DNA from: Phoronis australis
Taxonomy: Eukaryota > Animalia > Phoronida
NCBI GenBank assembly: GCA_002633005.1
Contig: NMRA01000121.1
Span: forward strand, 470,434-534,433
Length of the DNA stretch: 64,000 nt
Direction of reading: 5' to 3'
In this document: in pieces, positions 45,924-60,900 of the stretch
Numbering within the stretch: position 1 is the first letter of the stretch
Layout: every line of letters starts with the position of its first letter
Made by a program: the position numbers and the translations under genes
The notes under the pieces: model-generated
Database searches by the model: none
What the model was told of the DNA's origin: nothing
What the model saw: the letters and a program-made list of their open reading frames with translations, nothing else

Positions 45924-48900
45924 CTGGAAAGCAAGCATGGCAGACACGGCGAAATTTAAGATAGTACAATGGCGGCTTAATATGCTACCAAACACACAAT
46001 CCATTGCGGAGTCACACGATGTTATAAGCGAGATTAACAATTCCTGCTGGCAATGGTACTTTTTAATATTAAATAATTTTCAGTGTTCGTAGTGACTATC
46101 ATTCTCGTGTGTCGTGAAATTATATATCTTGGAGTTCTTAGAAACGTATCTGCGCTAGATTCGTTTTATGTACTTGTATATTTTCTTTCAATGCAAAAAA
46201 TACCTTGAACGCGGCCTTGGAGAGCAAGCTAAATCTCACTGGAATCCACACATTGCCCTGCTTGCCTTCCTTTCTCCAAATAGTGTTGAACTGGTCATTG
46301 GCAACGTCGTGCAGAGCCACTTCCAATAACCCAATGTCATCTCCGTTCATATTATAAGACAAACTGAAGCAGTACGATCCGCCTATAACACATACAACAT
46401 ATACAGACACTACATTTTGGATGTAGATAAGCCATGGCAGAATTGCTGCAGCGAATATTTCACAGTATCACGAAAGTTGTTGCTGATTGGTAATTTGTTA
46501 ATACCACGTCCTCATTCACCGTGACTCGTCTTCACTCTCCTCATTACTGCGAAGTTAGATTTCAGCAAATGGTGCTGCATTTAGAAACAGAAGCCAACAT
46601 TTTAACGACTCAGATGTTGCTTTATGCCTAGAATTCAACAGTTGCGATATCGTACTTGTAATCTTAGAAAGACTGTTACCAATCTTTCACGGAAGCGCTT
46701 CAGTACAAAATACATGTACTGTGATCGCCATGTTTTGTCTGCTCACCTGTTATGAGCGGTGATTCAATTTCGGTAAAGTCGTACTCAAATAAGTTTGACC
46801 CTGTCATCTCTGCGTAAAGATATCTGGTGCTGCCACCTGCTCCACCATTTGGCCCGGTGTTTTTAGTTGGCGTAGTACCCTAGCGGCAGGTAATGAGAAT
46901 CGATATCAATATTACAATGCTCTTGCACCCCTGCGTAATAGTTTAAAGTTTCTTTCTCTCTGTGAAACTGGCTGAGAAATTGAAATCAACTTAAGTCTGG
47001 AGGGATTTTACTTAACGACAGTAGGCTCGAAAAAGTAGCCTAGGTCGGCAAAAACCAATAAAAGTCGTCTGGATTCACCCATGTTATGGCGAACACACAA
47101 AGGAAAACCACACGACAAATAACGCTAAATCGTGTGCCGGGATTTTTGTTTTAAAATTTCGTCGATCTTCGATGAGAAGTACTTATACCAAAGGTGTTTG
47201 TTAAGCGACCAACTACAAAACAGACGAAGCCCACAACTCACCCAGAGGTGGCGCTGTGGTCACCAGGCATATGAAGTTAGACGTGATTGCTTGGTGAACA
47301 GTCTAAATTGACGGTACACTCACCGAATTAACTATCCATTTGATTACATTCATTCCAGAGGAAGGGAGCTTCCATTTGCACATGTCACCATTTTCGAAGT
47401 CACATGACACATCGGCTGAGGAAATTGCATGTAGATGTAACTATTTTCAGGAACTCATTAATACAAACGTCGATGAAAACACAACTAAATTTTTTGTTTG
47501 AAAGCTTGATACAGAGTTGCTTGTAGTGTCGAAACAATCTCCTTTCTTCAGGTGAGCAGCTACATGTACGACACTACGAGCCACTCTGTATCAAGGTTCA
47601 AACAAAAAGTCTAGTCGTGTTTTCAACGAAGTTTGTGTTAACGAAGGGCTGCTACCAATCTACACAGAACTCGGTAATATTAAACATTTTGAAGACTAAG
47701 AACATGCCACAGAAATAATACACGAAACAGAATTCAGATATAAATAGGACTTGCGGGAAGTTCACAGTACACGTGCGGCCCTTTGGATTCCACAGAGTAA
47801 TAAAACTCGCTCAATTTGTGACCTGTGACACTAGCTTTTGTCCACGGCTAGCGCCAATTAGTATTGGTTACTAAAGTTAAAATATCGATATACCGATAAT
47901 TACTTCGTGTTCTGTCGATGTCGGTTTCCATAATTTACTTGTTTGGATTTTATCAGTCAAATATGAAATCTGCTTCACTATCGGTAAGGAATCCGATTGA
48001 ACACGAATTCTTAAACTTTCAATAACCTCACGATACCTCTAATTCAACGCGCTGAATGTAGTTCTTAAACCATTATCTTTTTGTTCTTAATCAACGCGCG
48101 TGAGCTAGATTCTTGTCAGTTTGGCAAGGTCACGCAAACATTCGAGAGATAGCAATATGCATCACAAGCGAGGCAGGTGATCTCACTGTCTTTCAATCGT
48201 GATCATTGGGTATTACGGAATAGTACCATGTGTACCAGCCGAAAGGAACAAACTTTTGATTTAGATCTCGTTGGTCTCAAATTGTACCTGAGTAGCCTAC
48301 GGAAGAACTGATACTCTGCCTTTGTTTGAAAACATGATACTCAAAGCATAAAATGACCCGCCGTGACAAAATAGCTTATCAAGCTTTATCTCTAGAAAAG
48401 GTGCCAGACATAGTCCTTACTTAGTGAAGACGGATTGGTCAATGGTGTTGTTGGTGGTATAGAGCTGGAGACCGATCCACAAGAGCCAAGCAACATAGAA
48501 ACTTCATCGAATACAATACCCGACTGATAACTGGCAGTGAAAGTGCCTTCGAATTTTATCTGAAAGACAATGATTTGAAAGGACGATCTTAGCGGACGCA
48601 CGGAAATTCATTGATCAAACAAAGCATGTAAATCAGTGACAAACCACTGGCCCAAAGAAATTTACTTTGACTTTACGCAATTTGTAAGAAAGAATATACC
48701 CACAAAACTAGAAAACGTACCCAAAGCTGCACATTGCTGCGTCAAACTATATCAAGTGAATAATTGATTTCATTGAATCAATTTTGAGCTTACATGTAGA
48801 ATCATCTGTAAAGATTGAAAATACTTCGTGTTTCCATGAATTAAATAACAAAGTGTAGAACTGGTCAGCTACTACGTACACTTATCACAATAAAACCCAT

Positions 48901-51900
48901 CATGATTCACTGGAGCTCGATTTGAGGCAAATGCAGATGGACAATCAAAACATACTGGTATTTTACTAACCTTAAACTTCGACGGAGAGTTAATGGTGAA
49001 CTCTTCCGACTGCCAACTTGTGCTCTTCTCTCCAGCTGTCGACCACAGAACTTTCTTAACACCTGTTGCCGTCTCTGAGGTCACTTTCAGATTTCCTGGA
49101 TCACTGCCGAACATCACCCATTTGAACTTAAAGCAGTATGTGTTTCCTAAAGGAACGATATAGGCAAGGAAATGTCAGCGTTGTCAAAGCTGGGCTGGTG
49201 AAATCCGAATGCTTAAAAAAGGAGTTTATGAACATATAATATTATTTCACAAATACTATCGACATACTATATTTAATCATTGATTTAACACCGATTATGG
49301 TCTGAGTATAGTCCACGAATGTTATTTTTGGATCAAGAAGTCGCATAATTCTTATTTATATGTCTTTGATGGAGCTCTTAATATCAATTTAAAATTGCGA
49401 AGAAGTGAGTTTTATCAACATTTGCACGGGTATGTGTTCCTAATAAGTGAACGCTATTATAACTTCCTTACCAGGAATAAATAGAGTAGACAAGACCGCA
49501 GTTGCTCCTGGTTTTGCTGGGCTTCCCCAGCCGTACACGTACGCTGTTCCGTCTTCATGCTTCCAAATGGAGAAAATAATTATTGAACTAAAATTGGACC
49601 AACTCACCAACAGATATAAATTATAGGTACGGGCCTTGGGGTCACTAATATGACCGCTGAACTAGTTGATGTTGTACAAATATGCATGCTGAAGTTGTTC
49701 CACTACCATGTGTACTGGCGCTTTGGGTAATAGTGTACATGTACGTCACCCCGGGTGCCGAACTTACCAATGTACTTCAAACTGGCCTGCAACTACACGA
49801 GATGTCACGTCGTATGCCAACCTAACTAAACCATTGGTGGGATTATAACATTGTGTTAGGCAGATAAATCATGCAAACCGAACGTAATGTTTGGTAATCA
49901 AAGTTTGATTGTTATCTGCCAGGAGAAGATGGCGACCTCAAGACAACTGACTTTTTTGTTTCCCACTTGTAACAGAATATTACCTATATTAACTAGCAGA
50001 GATGTTTTCTGAAGTACTAGCGTCTGTTAAGTTTAACAAGAACAAACCTTGTACTTGGTCCAGTCGCGATCGTCATCTTTATTTTGTTGCCAGTGGCAAA
50101 TTGATCTATCAAAGTTGCAGTTCACCAATTTGTCTACAACATAAATATAGAAACACATTGTTTTGATAGTTATTTTGAAGACGTTTGTCGAGTTAATGAG
50201 CACGTGTGTTCCATCTTCGTGTGCGTAACTTCCCGGTTTAGATGTCAAGTACAAGAAGCTGTCGCCGGCGTAACATGATCTCAAAAACCTATGAACTTTG
50301 ATTAAAATCAACTACAACGTAAGAAAGTGACGTCACAGGCAGCGGTCGCTTTGATGCAGTTACGATTTCCACCAGTTCCTTCCACATGTGACTTAGGGTC
50401 AAATGTTCTATTAAAGTCGATCTCATTTCTTTATTTAAAGAGTCCCCACCATGCATTGCCTTATGGAATGAGCACTGTCAAAACACAGTGCATANGGTGT
50501 ACGTGTCGTAGCACTCGATCTGGGCCGGGGTCGAGGGTCTGGCATCACTCGCCCTAGATTGGGAGCAGTTTGTGCTTTATTTATAAGGTGACAAGTCCTT
50601 CATCGTAACGCCGCTTTTGTGTTTGATCGAAACACGATTCCTTGAAATGTGCCGAACAAAGTGTGGCTCTCGACTGATTCGTATGTTCCACACTGGCATT
50701 CCACACTCTCGTGCATCGCACAAACCGATGCCATTTCTGTGCAACTTTCACGTATTTAAGACATTTGAACACACAGACATCCTTAATCAAGTTGCTGTTA
50801 CTACAGCCTCCACAAACGCATCTTTTCATGTCTGAAAAAGGCGTCGCTCCGCGGACTTTCTCCACAACTCCTCATTGTCGCACCAGTAAAAACAACGGCG
50901 GAGACGGTCTTTCACCCATTACGTACAACCGCGATAACAGAAAAATATTATTTAGACTTTTTCGTGTTCCTTAGCAGCAGGTATAATAAAGGCTATTTAA
51001 TATCTTAAGATATTTTAATACAATTCTTTTTGAGACACAGGGTCATGGTGAGAAGTCTTTAATTCTATAATAGGAACACACGTCTGATCCAAATTTGGAC
51101 TGGCATGTTAATGTTGCTGTTAAATTACTAAAGGTGAATGTTGGGTTACAGCGACTATAAGTTTTAGTTGTTGATTTCAATACTTCTAAATTCAAGAGCT
51201 TAGCACCTAGGTTTAAAGAACGATATACATCGCTGCCATAACTAGCCGAAACTTATAGGCAGCTTTTGTGTGTGTCTTATGAAGACTTAGGAAATTTTGT
51301 CGGTTATAAGTCACCATTCATGATTCCAAACTGACATCGCACACTGTATGTTAAAAGTACGTTTTGCGAAATAAGGCTTGCAAACACGACGATTTTACTG
51401 AGTCAGCAAGCTGCCTATAATACATGGTCGGAAACTGCGAACTGTAAACTACTGTGTTCTTAGGACAGCCCAGACGGATAACTACGTGGTGAACAGTCTG
51501 TCTCAAGTGAACCAGAGCTGAGTTGACACCCCACGCTTCTAACTCATACGCGTATTATCGCCTTGACGTAAACAGACAAACCTAATAAGAGCATGTACTG
51601 CCGCTAGAATCGCAACTTACAGTCGTTAAGTTGGTCGCACTGACTTCCGGTGTAACCCTTCAGACACTTGCATGAAGATGACGATCCCGATACCTCGCAG
51701 GTTGTTCGTGGGCCACATTTTAGACAAGGATCTGAAACAATTAGGAAATAAAAGTTGATCGATCGATATTAGTGTGATGAGAGAAGCAGGGAGAACAAAA
51801 TAATATGGCCGTCTCGGATTACTCGACGACAGAACTCTCTTTTGTCCTGGAGATGAGACAGTGCTTGACCTCGTTTTGGAAATCAGACACATTTTCGCAG

Positions 51901-54900
51901 ATCATAACGGAAACCGGCGCGGTACCGTCGCAATATTTCCGATTTCAGCCATTCAAAGGTACCGCAATTGAGCTGGTCATTGGTTTCTTCAAGATAGGGA
52001 ATTCTGCATTTTCCGTTCAAAATTAATCCGACGAATTTGTTTAACCCACTAGCTGCGTATTTATTTGTCTCTCATTGAGCTCGGGAAGGCGAGAAACCTC
52101 ACATTACGCTTCTTCGGGTATTTGCCCAGTTATCAAACTTTTTCAATGTAGAGTTGCAGCCACAGCACGGCCAGTAAAACTTTGCTAGCATTGCAATTAC
52201 GAATATGCTGCCGAGAAAAAAATTGCAAAGAATCAGACAACAACAAATAACATGTGGAATTCCAATGACAAAAACGAGGCAGAAAATGCGCCTGACGGAT
52301 GTTTTCGTCACTGCGGGTAAATACAGCGAGATTAGAGTGTCGCAGTGAAATCCGGGACGGTCCTATTGCGGGCGGTTTGATACATGTTGCCGCTCGACGG
52401 GTCCACTGCACTGATCACCTAGAACCAGTTTATGTGTTATTAATATATAGTTAAAACCGAGCTGAACAGCTAGAGACCTGACTCAAGGATCTAGCAGTGT
52501 GGCCCAGTGGCACTAGAAATCTCGACCTTGAGTATGGAAGTTGCCACACTGCCTCCTTCGACGAAAGAAGAAGGTGAACGCATTGGTTTTGGGAAGGATC
52601 GTGAGTAAGTGAACGGGAAAGTCTGAAACGGAATTGGGGTTGATGAGGGGTTAATTTCAAGGGTCAAAATGAGGATCAAAAGTTCCAGTAGAGGTCTACT
52701 GAAAATTATCTGAAGGGTAACACACGTCTTCAGTATCCCAAATCAGTGTTCCCACAAACAGGTTTGACCTCAGGCGTGCTTATCATCATCAAAAACCATC
52801 CAGCTAAAGATTTTTCCCAGTTCAACTTGATTGGTACAGCCTCGTTATGTGATTTTTATAATTTTGTGTTCCTCCCTCTAACCCTGAGTCAACCTAAAAC
52901 CGTGGTGTCAACCAATAATGGAATTATATATTGCTACGTATTTTTGCTGTTTCTGTAATGCAACGGCATAGCGCCAAAATGTAAGCAACACTCACAGCAT
53001 CTAGATGGAAGGGCTTCAAACAGGTAAGTAGGTACATGCATTTTGACACTTGACCATATGTTTTATCAACAATTGCTATGCGTTTCAATATAATGTATGT
53101 TGGGCAACAGGATGTTGACGGCAAATATTGTGAGATATACTTTATCTGTGATCGATTCATGCCTGTAGTCAGCTACTGAAACGCAAGGACAGAAGAGGAA
53201 CATGTTTTCAGAGATTACTGCAGATAAACGAAAGTGTTTCCATTGACAACATCCGTGAATGTGTTTAATAATAATGATTCATTTATTACGAAGATTTACC
53301 GGAGCGTTAGTATTGCCGTTATTTCCTTACTCTGCAGTTAAATTTGTGGAGCGATCGTATACGTCAGTTTTGAGCACAAAAAGCCTTACCGGTTGCTTAA
53401 ACTCTTTTCAGCTGATCTGAATGCAATGTTTTCCTTCGCATCCAAATCACTGTCCACTCTGTCCATCGCCATCTTGCGATAAAGCATACTACCAAAAGTA
53501 GTGTATTTGTTGTACAAAATGTCAGGAGAGGAGCTAAAATTTCCCTTTACCCAAGTCGTTTGTTGCTCGTGCTGTGAATGAGAATCCTTTTCTAGGCGTT
53601 CCTCCACCATGCGTATTAAACGTCAGCATTATTTCCTTTGATCTGTGGTCCAGGAAAGTGTGGGCTCTCTGGGGTGCTTTTGTAAAACTTCCGCAATATC
53701 TAAACGATAAATCTTTACAACAAAAAACAACAACAATTACATTATTCTTAGGTCAAATCATCAGTCTATTTTAACTTAATTGCTGACAATCTGATTGATT
53801 TAACAACTTGGATTTTGCTGTTTTGACCAAGAAAATAATACCAGATCCAAAACCGACCTCGGGAGATCTGGACTCCGAGCAATTTTCTAACTGGGAATTG
53901 CAACTGATGACTTACCTTTTCGCGATTTAACTTAAAGTGGCTATAATCTCACGTTCTGTCAAAGAAGCGAGCTTTGCTATCTAGACTAGTTGCCGCTATA
54001 ACATTGATCTCTACTTGTTCCTTACTGTGACGATAGGTGGTGTCTTGTTTCGTAATGAACTCGGACAGTTATTCCTTGAGACCGTGTTTAGCGCCTACAC
54101 TGAGTTGCTCTCAAGCAAAATGAACTGTTAGTCCTTATGAAGACATGAAATCACCGCCAATTCCACTACCGAACAATTTGAGACAAATTTTATAACGGTA
54201 TATGGAGCAGCGAAATTCTATTCATTGTCGCTCATTAATTATGTTGTTTCCTAGAAAACATTTGCCACTGGTCACGTTCAAATAAGCTGTGGCAAGCAGG
54301 TGGTAGGGAAGAGCAGGACTACGCGCGTAGGTTGTGAAAACCACGTCTGCTGAAATAATACACAAAACGTACTTAAGTCCTTTTTGTCCGATAAGATTCG
54401 CATTAATTTCCAGACTATGACGGCACCTCCTGCTGGATGGATCCTCGTCAAGTTCGAAATCTTCGAAAGTCAATATAATCCCACTGTTAGCTTGTTGTGG
54501 TCCCTGAAATGGTTAGCGTAGTGATTGATCATGCTGGTGCTAAGCTATGCACACGGAATGTGAAGAAAGCATGTGTGACCATTTTTGTGCCCGAGTTACA
54601 CATCGGATTGGCAACGGAATGTTTATGTGAACAAGATGGCATTAACGGAAATTGCAATGAAATCGACTGCCTATTTAGTATTTAAACCTAATCAACTCCC
54701 TATGTATGACTTAATGGGTCGCCTTTTTTGCCCATGAAATAAAAAAATAGATTTCTTATATGATATTCGGTACTATGTGTGATGAATCCCAAGCAAACAA
54801 CGTTAGAGCCATTCATGTAAAGTCACTTACTTTTATGACGTAGACACATATTTTGTTCAGGTCGTAATTGTTGGGGTAGTTAGGACTCTGTATGGTTACT

Positions 54901-57900
54901 TTGTCCCCGCTGTTTTTCAGTGTAAATACACCTCCACAGTAAGGGTAATCTGAAAAAGGTTCCGAGTCCTTGATTGGTGTCAAGTGATACGCACATAAGA
55001 TTGCCTCTCATGCAGAGTTCAACGATGAACTATGAAAAACCAGAAGTTTGCTTTACTCCCAAAATAAAGACGTGTGAAGATAGAAATATAGCTCGAAGAA
55101 CAATTTACAAATACTTGAAGGCCCATGTCAGGGGCGGATCCAGGATTTTGAGTTAGGGGGGCCATGGCCCCCTTGGCCCCATTCGCCACTGCACGTGCTA
55201 ATCTCTGTAGTCGGAGTGTATTTATGTACTTATACAAAGTAGTTTGCCGAGAACGAATCAGTTTTGATTCTAGTTACGAGTAGTTATTTTATTACGAAAG
55301 AGGTCTGGGCAGAATCACAGTCACATTTAGTTGGTCCGGCTCAAGAAGCCTTGTCAGTGAAGAATTAAGTATGTCTCAGTTTGAAGGCCTTCCGGTAAAT
55401 GTTAAAGGTGTGTTCCACCATACATAGCTGCCTAAAAACGGAAATCGAACTACGCCTTTTAGTTACGCATTTGCATTGATTAATTATATATGTCCGGAGA
55501 TCTGAGTACTGGTTGATTTATTATGTTTGTATATGGAGCAACCTACCTGAGACATCTTTGTCAATGACGTCACATTTTCCTGTCAGACCTTTCGGACATT
55601 TACAAATACAGATTCCTCCTTCTTTGAATGGATATCCGTGGTTTTCGCACTGGTTTGTACAGGAACCTACAAACGAACACACGAGGTTAATTGCTCAGTT
55701 CTGTCGCTCCACGTGGAAAATGTTCTATTTTCTAATGCATCCTAAAGCCCTGTCTACACTCTCCAATTTTTCGTATACAACTTTGTAACTATCGAAATGT
55801 ATATAAAGTGTCCAAAATTCGTATTCGACTTCTCTAGAATTAATTGAAAAGCGGAGCAAAATCGTGCATGCGGTATTGCTGGAGCGTTGTGGTGTTGCTG
55901 AACGGGAGTATTCATTCACTTCCGCATAGATTTCGTTCACATCCAGCATTTCATAAAGCTTCGTGTCAAAATGCCTGCAGTGATTGTCCAGAGATCTCCT
56001 AAATCAAACGAAAGCACGGGTGGCGCAACACTGAAAAAAGTAGGGGGTTATATCCCCCGCCCCCTGTGGTGTGCCGCCCGTGGAAAGCCGGAGTACACGC
56101 AGTCATTCAAAAAGTCGAACGGGAACATTTGTCTGCACTTTCAGATTAGTCGTTGCGAAAAATCGGAAAGCGTCTAAGACATGGCTTAACATCTTAGGAA
56201 ACAATCTGGAATGCATTTTGTAACAGATGTGGCCTATTTTAGGTCCTATCACCTACTTTGACTTCAGATATTGGCACGCACAAACCCTCACTATCATCAA
56301 TCTGCAGGATATTCAGTCATTCACCACTTTCAGACCTGACTGTCGGTTCATGGTGGATGGATTCGCAACGCAGTCTGCTTTTCGTATACCAACTTAAGTA
56401 AAGGTCTACGATTGTCGATTTCGACTTGTGTCTCGACACAATTTTTCAAACTCAGAACTAAGAGACCAAGAGCACGCACAACGCAAGAGGTGAGGGATTA
56501 GTGAAGAAAAGCGTAGATAAGCAGCCGGCCTGGGTCAACAAGACACTTGGACACAGTGAGTAGATGTTCCAGCCAGGGACTGAAAGTTGAGATATGTCAT
56601 AAGTTGGAACCAACGCTGCTGAGTGTTCTGTTGAGATCAGTACATGGCATCCTACCAACACCCACTAACCTGATGACACCGAGGAAGGATAATGATTGTC
56701 TTAAGTGAGGGAATATTGAACAAATTTTGTCGTCTTGTAACTCTTCTCTTAAAGGCGGGCTGCTCACATGGAGACACAGTCAAGTGCTGCGAGAAGGAAC
56801 CTGCACCAAGCTAAGAAGATCTCGAAGAGGATCTACACCAAACCTTCATACATAGAGTTCCTCAGACCTGGAGAGATGTGGAACGCAAAAGCAACTGAAA
56901 CCATTGATGTAATAGACATCCTCAGGGCGGCCAGTGACTGAATAGATCGATGAGGAATCACTGTGTGTTATTTTTGACATGATACAAATCTCGTGAATGA
57001 ATCACAAGAGGTATTAACAATGCCCATATGCGCCTATATGTATACCCAAACGACACACCAATGCCAGCGTCAATGATATACAAACTCGCATACCCGATGG
57101 TAAATTACCGGAGTTAGTAGACAGTGTTTTACAAACCACTTTTACCTTTGCAGTTGTAAAGCAGATTGGCCATCTTTACATCGTAGAACGTCAGGCCGCT
57201 TCGACTCCCAACCAGTTGACTCAGTTCCTTATTCTTCACTTCAATTGTAGGACGGCCATTTTTACTGAAAGCCTGGACAACAGCAATATTCCAGAAGTTT
57301 AACAACAATTTGGTGTTATTTAAAACGCCAATAAACCCGGTTGTGGCTTATAAACAAACAGCTTTCACATTTCTCTGAAATAAAATAATGCTGAGCTGAA
57401 ACCCTTATTAATATTTAAAAGTCTGAAGCATCCTTACGAAGCCTGCTAAACGGCCAACGATTTAGGCAAGTTACGCGACTAATGTAGAGAGAGACCACCC
57501 ACCAAGAACCATAATATCCATTTTCCGACGCAGAGAATATTTGTTTTAGTCGAATCCAGTTTTATCACTTGCTGCACCAGGAGGGGTAGTCAAAGATTGG
57601 TTGAAATCGCCCATTTAAATCTGACTTAATTGTGGAAATAAATTATTTAATACTGGGTTGAAAACGGCCTTAAATTTTTATGTATAGACTTCAAAAAATG
57701 TAAAATTTTCCGAGATAATGAATCCTCTCCATTAGCTCGGGATTGGCATATGGGCCAGGGCAGAGTATTAGCCAGTATTTTGCCCTTCAGACATTCGCAC
57801 CCCCGAACTGCCAAATGGAATCTGGGTGAATTTTGGGGGACCTTGGCCCCCTTGCCCCTCCCCCTTTAAATCAGCCATTGGGAAGTAAAACCGAACTTCA

Positions 57901-60900
57901 AAACTCTTGCATGAAAATTAAGCAGTCACCATGCAGCCCGTACACGCTTTCAACCCCAGTACGTATACAGGTTTCCTCTTATATTGCATAGTATTCCCAG
58001 CTACGTTTTATAAGAAAATGAAACCAAATAATAAGAACAAAGAGGAGAAGGGGAATAAAAAAGACGCAGAAATAACAAAAAAGTTACTCATTAAAAGAGC
58101 TCAGAATGACAATATGAAATAGGCGTGAGCGAAGCAATCCGATGAATTTATTTAAATAAAAATTACCACTAAGCAATATTGTATTTAAATCCTGGATAAA
58201 AGAGTTAGATACGAAGTGCATTATTCAGTAGTATATGACTGCTATATAATTCTTAAGCTTTGTACCTTGAGACTGTATTGCATATTACTTGTAAGATCAT
58301 ATTCAACATTGACACTCGTATCTTCTTTCTTAAAATTGAACTTGGAGTCTTCCCGTATGTTGTCCCACAAAATCTTTACGTAACGATCTCGGTCACTTCT
58401 AGATTGCTCGTGTTGAAAACCGATTGCGTGTCCCAGTTCATGACTGACAGTACCTGGCTGTAAGTAACAACAACAGATGTAACATCAGCAGCAGCTTGCC
58501 GTAAAAGATAGTTACGACAAACATTCTTACTTGTTTGTTGTCAGTAAATCATTGATCTGCACTGTAAGTATCACACGGTCGTTCAAAAACCCGTCATTCC
58601 ACTTTCGGTAGCAATGAGTGCTTATGGGACAACATGGAAGACGACGGTACTTAATTGATGTGGAATTAATTACTTCATTGACATGTCGCAATGTCTAATA
58701 ATGATTTTCATTTCATAAACTCATCAACGTTATTATCCATGGTAATTTTTTAAAGGAAATTAAACTAATATAACAAAAATTAAAATCTTGTGGACAATAC
58801 TCACAGAAGAAAGGTCTTTAAGTTCAAAAAAGGAAAATGTGATCTTGCTCCTGGTAAAAGTACTCAAAGATCACTTGCGAAAGAGCCCCAGGGCTTATTG
58901 AATGACTCCCATTTCATACACCTAGTTTCGGGAGCTAAGTAGGACTGAGCAATCAGTTGAAAACAATTCCCCGGAAAAGTACGTCAAAAGCAAACGTCAC
59001 TGTACTCACGTGCATGCAATTTGCTTCATTTAACACAAGTTGTTGTTCGGCATACAGCATTCCAACATGGCAGCTGCAACTGGAATTTACCATTGATAAT
59101 GAAAATTAAACGTTTTAGCGATAATTAAGTTAATTACGCACTGCCAATTCAGCTGACATCGCGAGTGAATGTTGAAATAGTGAAAATGGTTAAGGCATTA
59201 CCGAAGACCTTGAGACTTTCACGTTTCACCACTTAGCCGGCTTTTTCTCAGCTTCGGAACTTAGGAACATGAATTCTTGAAAACGGCTCTGTAGATTTCG
59301 CTGAAAGTTTCCATCAATCTCAAAAACGCTATTAGAATTTTTGTTGTAAAGGCCTAGTTGTTGCGTAATGTAACAAAGGCGAATACGAGTGATATTTGTT
59401 GCAAAAATACCATACGATTTGCGAGTTGATTTGTCATAGAAACCAAACTAAAAGACTGGTCGAAAATTCGTAGCATCGTTTATTTGAGGTGACTGGTAGA
59501 GTTTTTATTTAAAAGTGTTTCATTAAAATCGACCGAGGAGTTATTTTGGTATGAATGTACGCTTCTTGCGAATAAAAATTTTGACCTAAAAAGGTGTCCA
59601 TGGAATAATAATAATGGCACATAAATAAAAAAACATATTTTCATAATCTCTGATCTGTTTTATTTCAGAAACTTTTAGTAGTTGACAAGGGCTGGGTTTG
59701 TTGACATACGAGTTAGAATAGAGACCACTAAATAAGATTTGAGATGACCTTAAGTTTATGTAAGACCCTAGGAAGATGTCCAAATATGGCTAACTTCGGG
59801 ATAACATATTTCAGAAACGGCTTATAGGATCCATACGATACTATGGTTTGTGTACTGTTTTAAATGCATGAGGGGCTATCTGATATATTAGACTTATATA
59901 TAATATTGATGGAAAAATTGCATTGAACGAAAACGAGATGATGTTTTCAAAAACTGTGGCAGCGTTCCTGGGATCTCATCTTGATTATTTAAACCAAATA
60001 AAATTTGAAAATGGAAAATCTACTTGTTTAGTTTGCCTGGTGCTCTATTTGACTAGTGCATACGCGCTACGCATGTCTAACTTGAAACCACGGACTCGTG
60101 TCTCGACAAAGTAATGATGACAAAAACATGAAGAAGGTTTAACGCCTAACATTCATTAGAAAGAGTGCCTCGCGACTATATTTCCCGAACATAAACAAAT
60201 ACGACATGTAGACGAGTTCTGCATCTAGCTGTTTAATCAGTTAAACATCCATTTCTCTCAAGAAATCTCTATATTCCATTGGTGATCTCATGTTGTCGTG
60301 TTCGGCAACTAACACCGGGATTAGGGACTAAAATGAGTAAGTAAAAAGTAGTTGGAAGCTGAAATTTGTTGCTGACATCGGCAATCAGTATCCCATTACT
60401 TGTAATCTATCAAATAAAGGCTTGGCAAAGTCGTTGTTAACGTCCAATTTAAGAGCAATCGAAAGGCGGTGAATAAACAATTGCGCATGCGGGCATGCAA
60501 ACATCATTGAAATCTCATTGGTTATGTTTTAGTTTTTCCGGGCATGCGCATTCATTGAAATATTCTGTCCCTGTGCATTTGTGACATGCGACTGCCGCAA
60601 CAAGAACAGATTCATTTGATGCATTCCAGACAAGTTCTTGTGTTTGATACAACCAAGCTAACGCGGAGTCAAACAAATACAACAAAATACTTTAGTACAC
60701 TTTTTCAGTTGAAATAAGCCATATACATCATAATCTTCATCATTTAAATTCGATTTTAGTCATTTCCGAGTTGCATCTTTACGACAAACGCTTGAATCAA
60801 GGCGTGCACACTGAGCCACCTTTCCATAAAGGTGTCTCTGTGTTACTGTTAGGAAATTCAAAGACACGTGGACTTGGGGAATTTGTGTACCCATGTCAAA

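Noticed and set aside
53386-53610. 74-aa ORF MVEERLEK...
   Set aside because: Alternative frame overlapping the real CUB exon 53551-53699.
58806-58915. MGVIQ*ALGLF resembling a second astacin zinc motif
   Set aside because: No HExxH and contains a stop; the true zinc exon is at 58266-58457.
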